From Bilabrum cf. latius (lineage: Eukaryota), in assembly GCA_965178125.1 (NCBI GenBank), contig OZ237746.1, positions 558,001-622,000 of the forward strand: DNA of 64,000 bases. The letters run 5' to 3'. Every line of letters begins with the position of its first letter. The stretch's first letter is position 1. The notes beneath the pieces are model-generated. The model had not been told where the DNA came from, did not search any database, and worked only from the letters and a program-made list of their open reading frames with translations. Shown piece by piece: positions 63,701 through 64,000 of the stretch. Both the position numbers and the translations under genes were made by a program.

Positions 63701-63742
63701 CAATGCGCACCCTGCCAGGATTGCAGCCAGCAGGACAATCAT
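60704..63742 (-). CDS. Large secreted beta-rich protein of unknown function (about 1010 aa)
   Basis: Signal peptide MIVLLAAILAGCALA. Three ORF-track fragments are joined in frame by TAG 62426 and TAG 61682. Ends TGA. Confidence 0.7.
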
Positions 63743-64000
63743 GGAAACAGCCGTTCTTGTCGAGGTAGATAGCTTCACAGGTCGCGGTATCACTCGCTCT
63801 AAATGTTGTGGCAGCGCGCCTCGAATAATACACCAAATATTATGGAGCTCTTCCTGCTATTTCTGGGGTACTGCACCTTCCGCCGTGGCACCTGCAAAGG
63901 GAAACGTCGCTGTGCGACCGCGGTGCAAGTGGTCGCAAGATACTCGGAATCCAGCCGTTCGGCTGCAGCCCGCAGCTACATAAATCGTGCTCCGTTCCCA

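Noticed and set aside
198-63742. Mass pseudogenisation or sequencing error as the cause of internal stops
   Set aside because: Internal stops in host genes are always TAG, never accompanied by frameshifts, occur in essential genes and map to Gln.

Overview
Gene-dense nuclear DNA of a microbial eukaryote: GT-AG introns, GC-rich gene bodies, AT-richer 5' ends and very short intergenic spaces. It contains 22 host genes (including Rpt5/PSMC3, PP1, GAR1, POR, tyrosine aminotransferase, GH2 and an MFS pair), one decayed piggyBac-type transposon, and a small island of decayed ORFs with palindromic motifs. The main result is that the standard-code ORF track is fragmented because this genome appears to read UAG as glutamine, while UGA and probably UAA remain stops. 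By manual count, about 55-60 in-frame TAGs lie in 18 of the 22 host genes. They fall on conserved Gln positions, inside CAG poly-Gln tracts, and opposite CAA/CAG in the paralogous MFS copies. I saw no in-frame TAA in host genes; 20 genes end in TGA, 2 in TAA and none in TAG. All CDS coordinates assume TAG=Gln and manually inferred introns. Homology calls are from motif recognition, not database searches.
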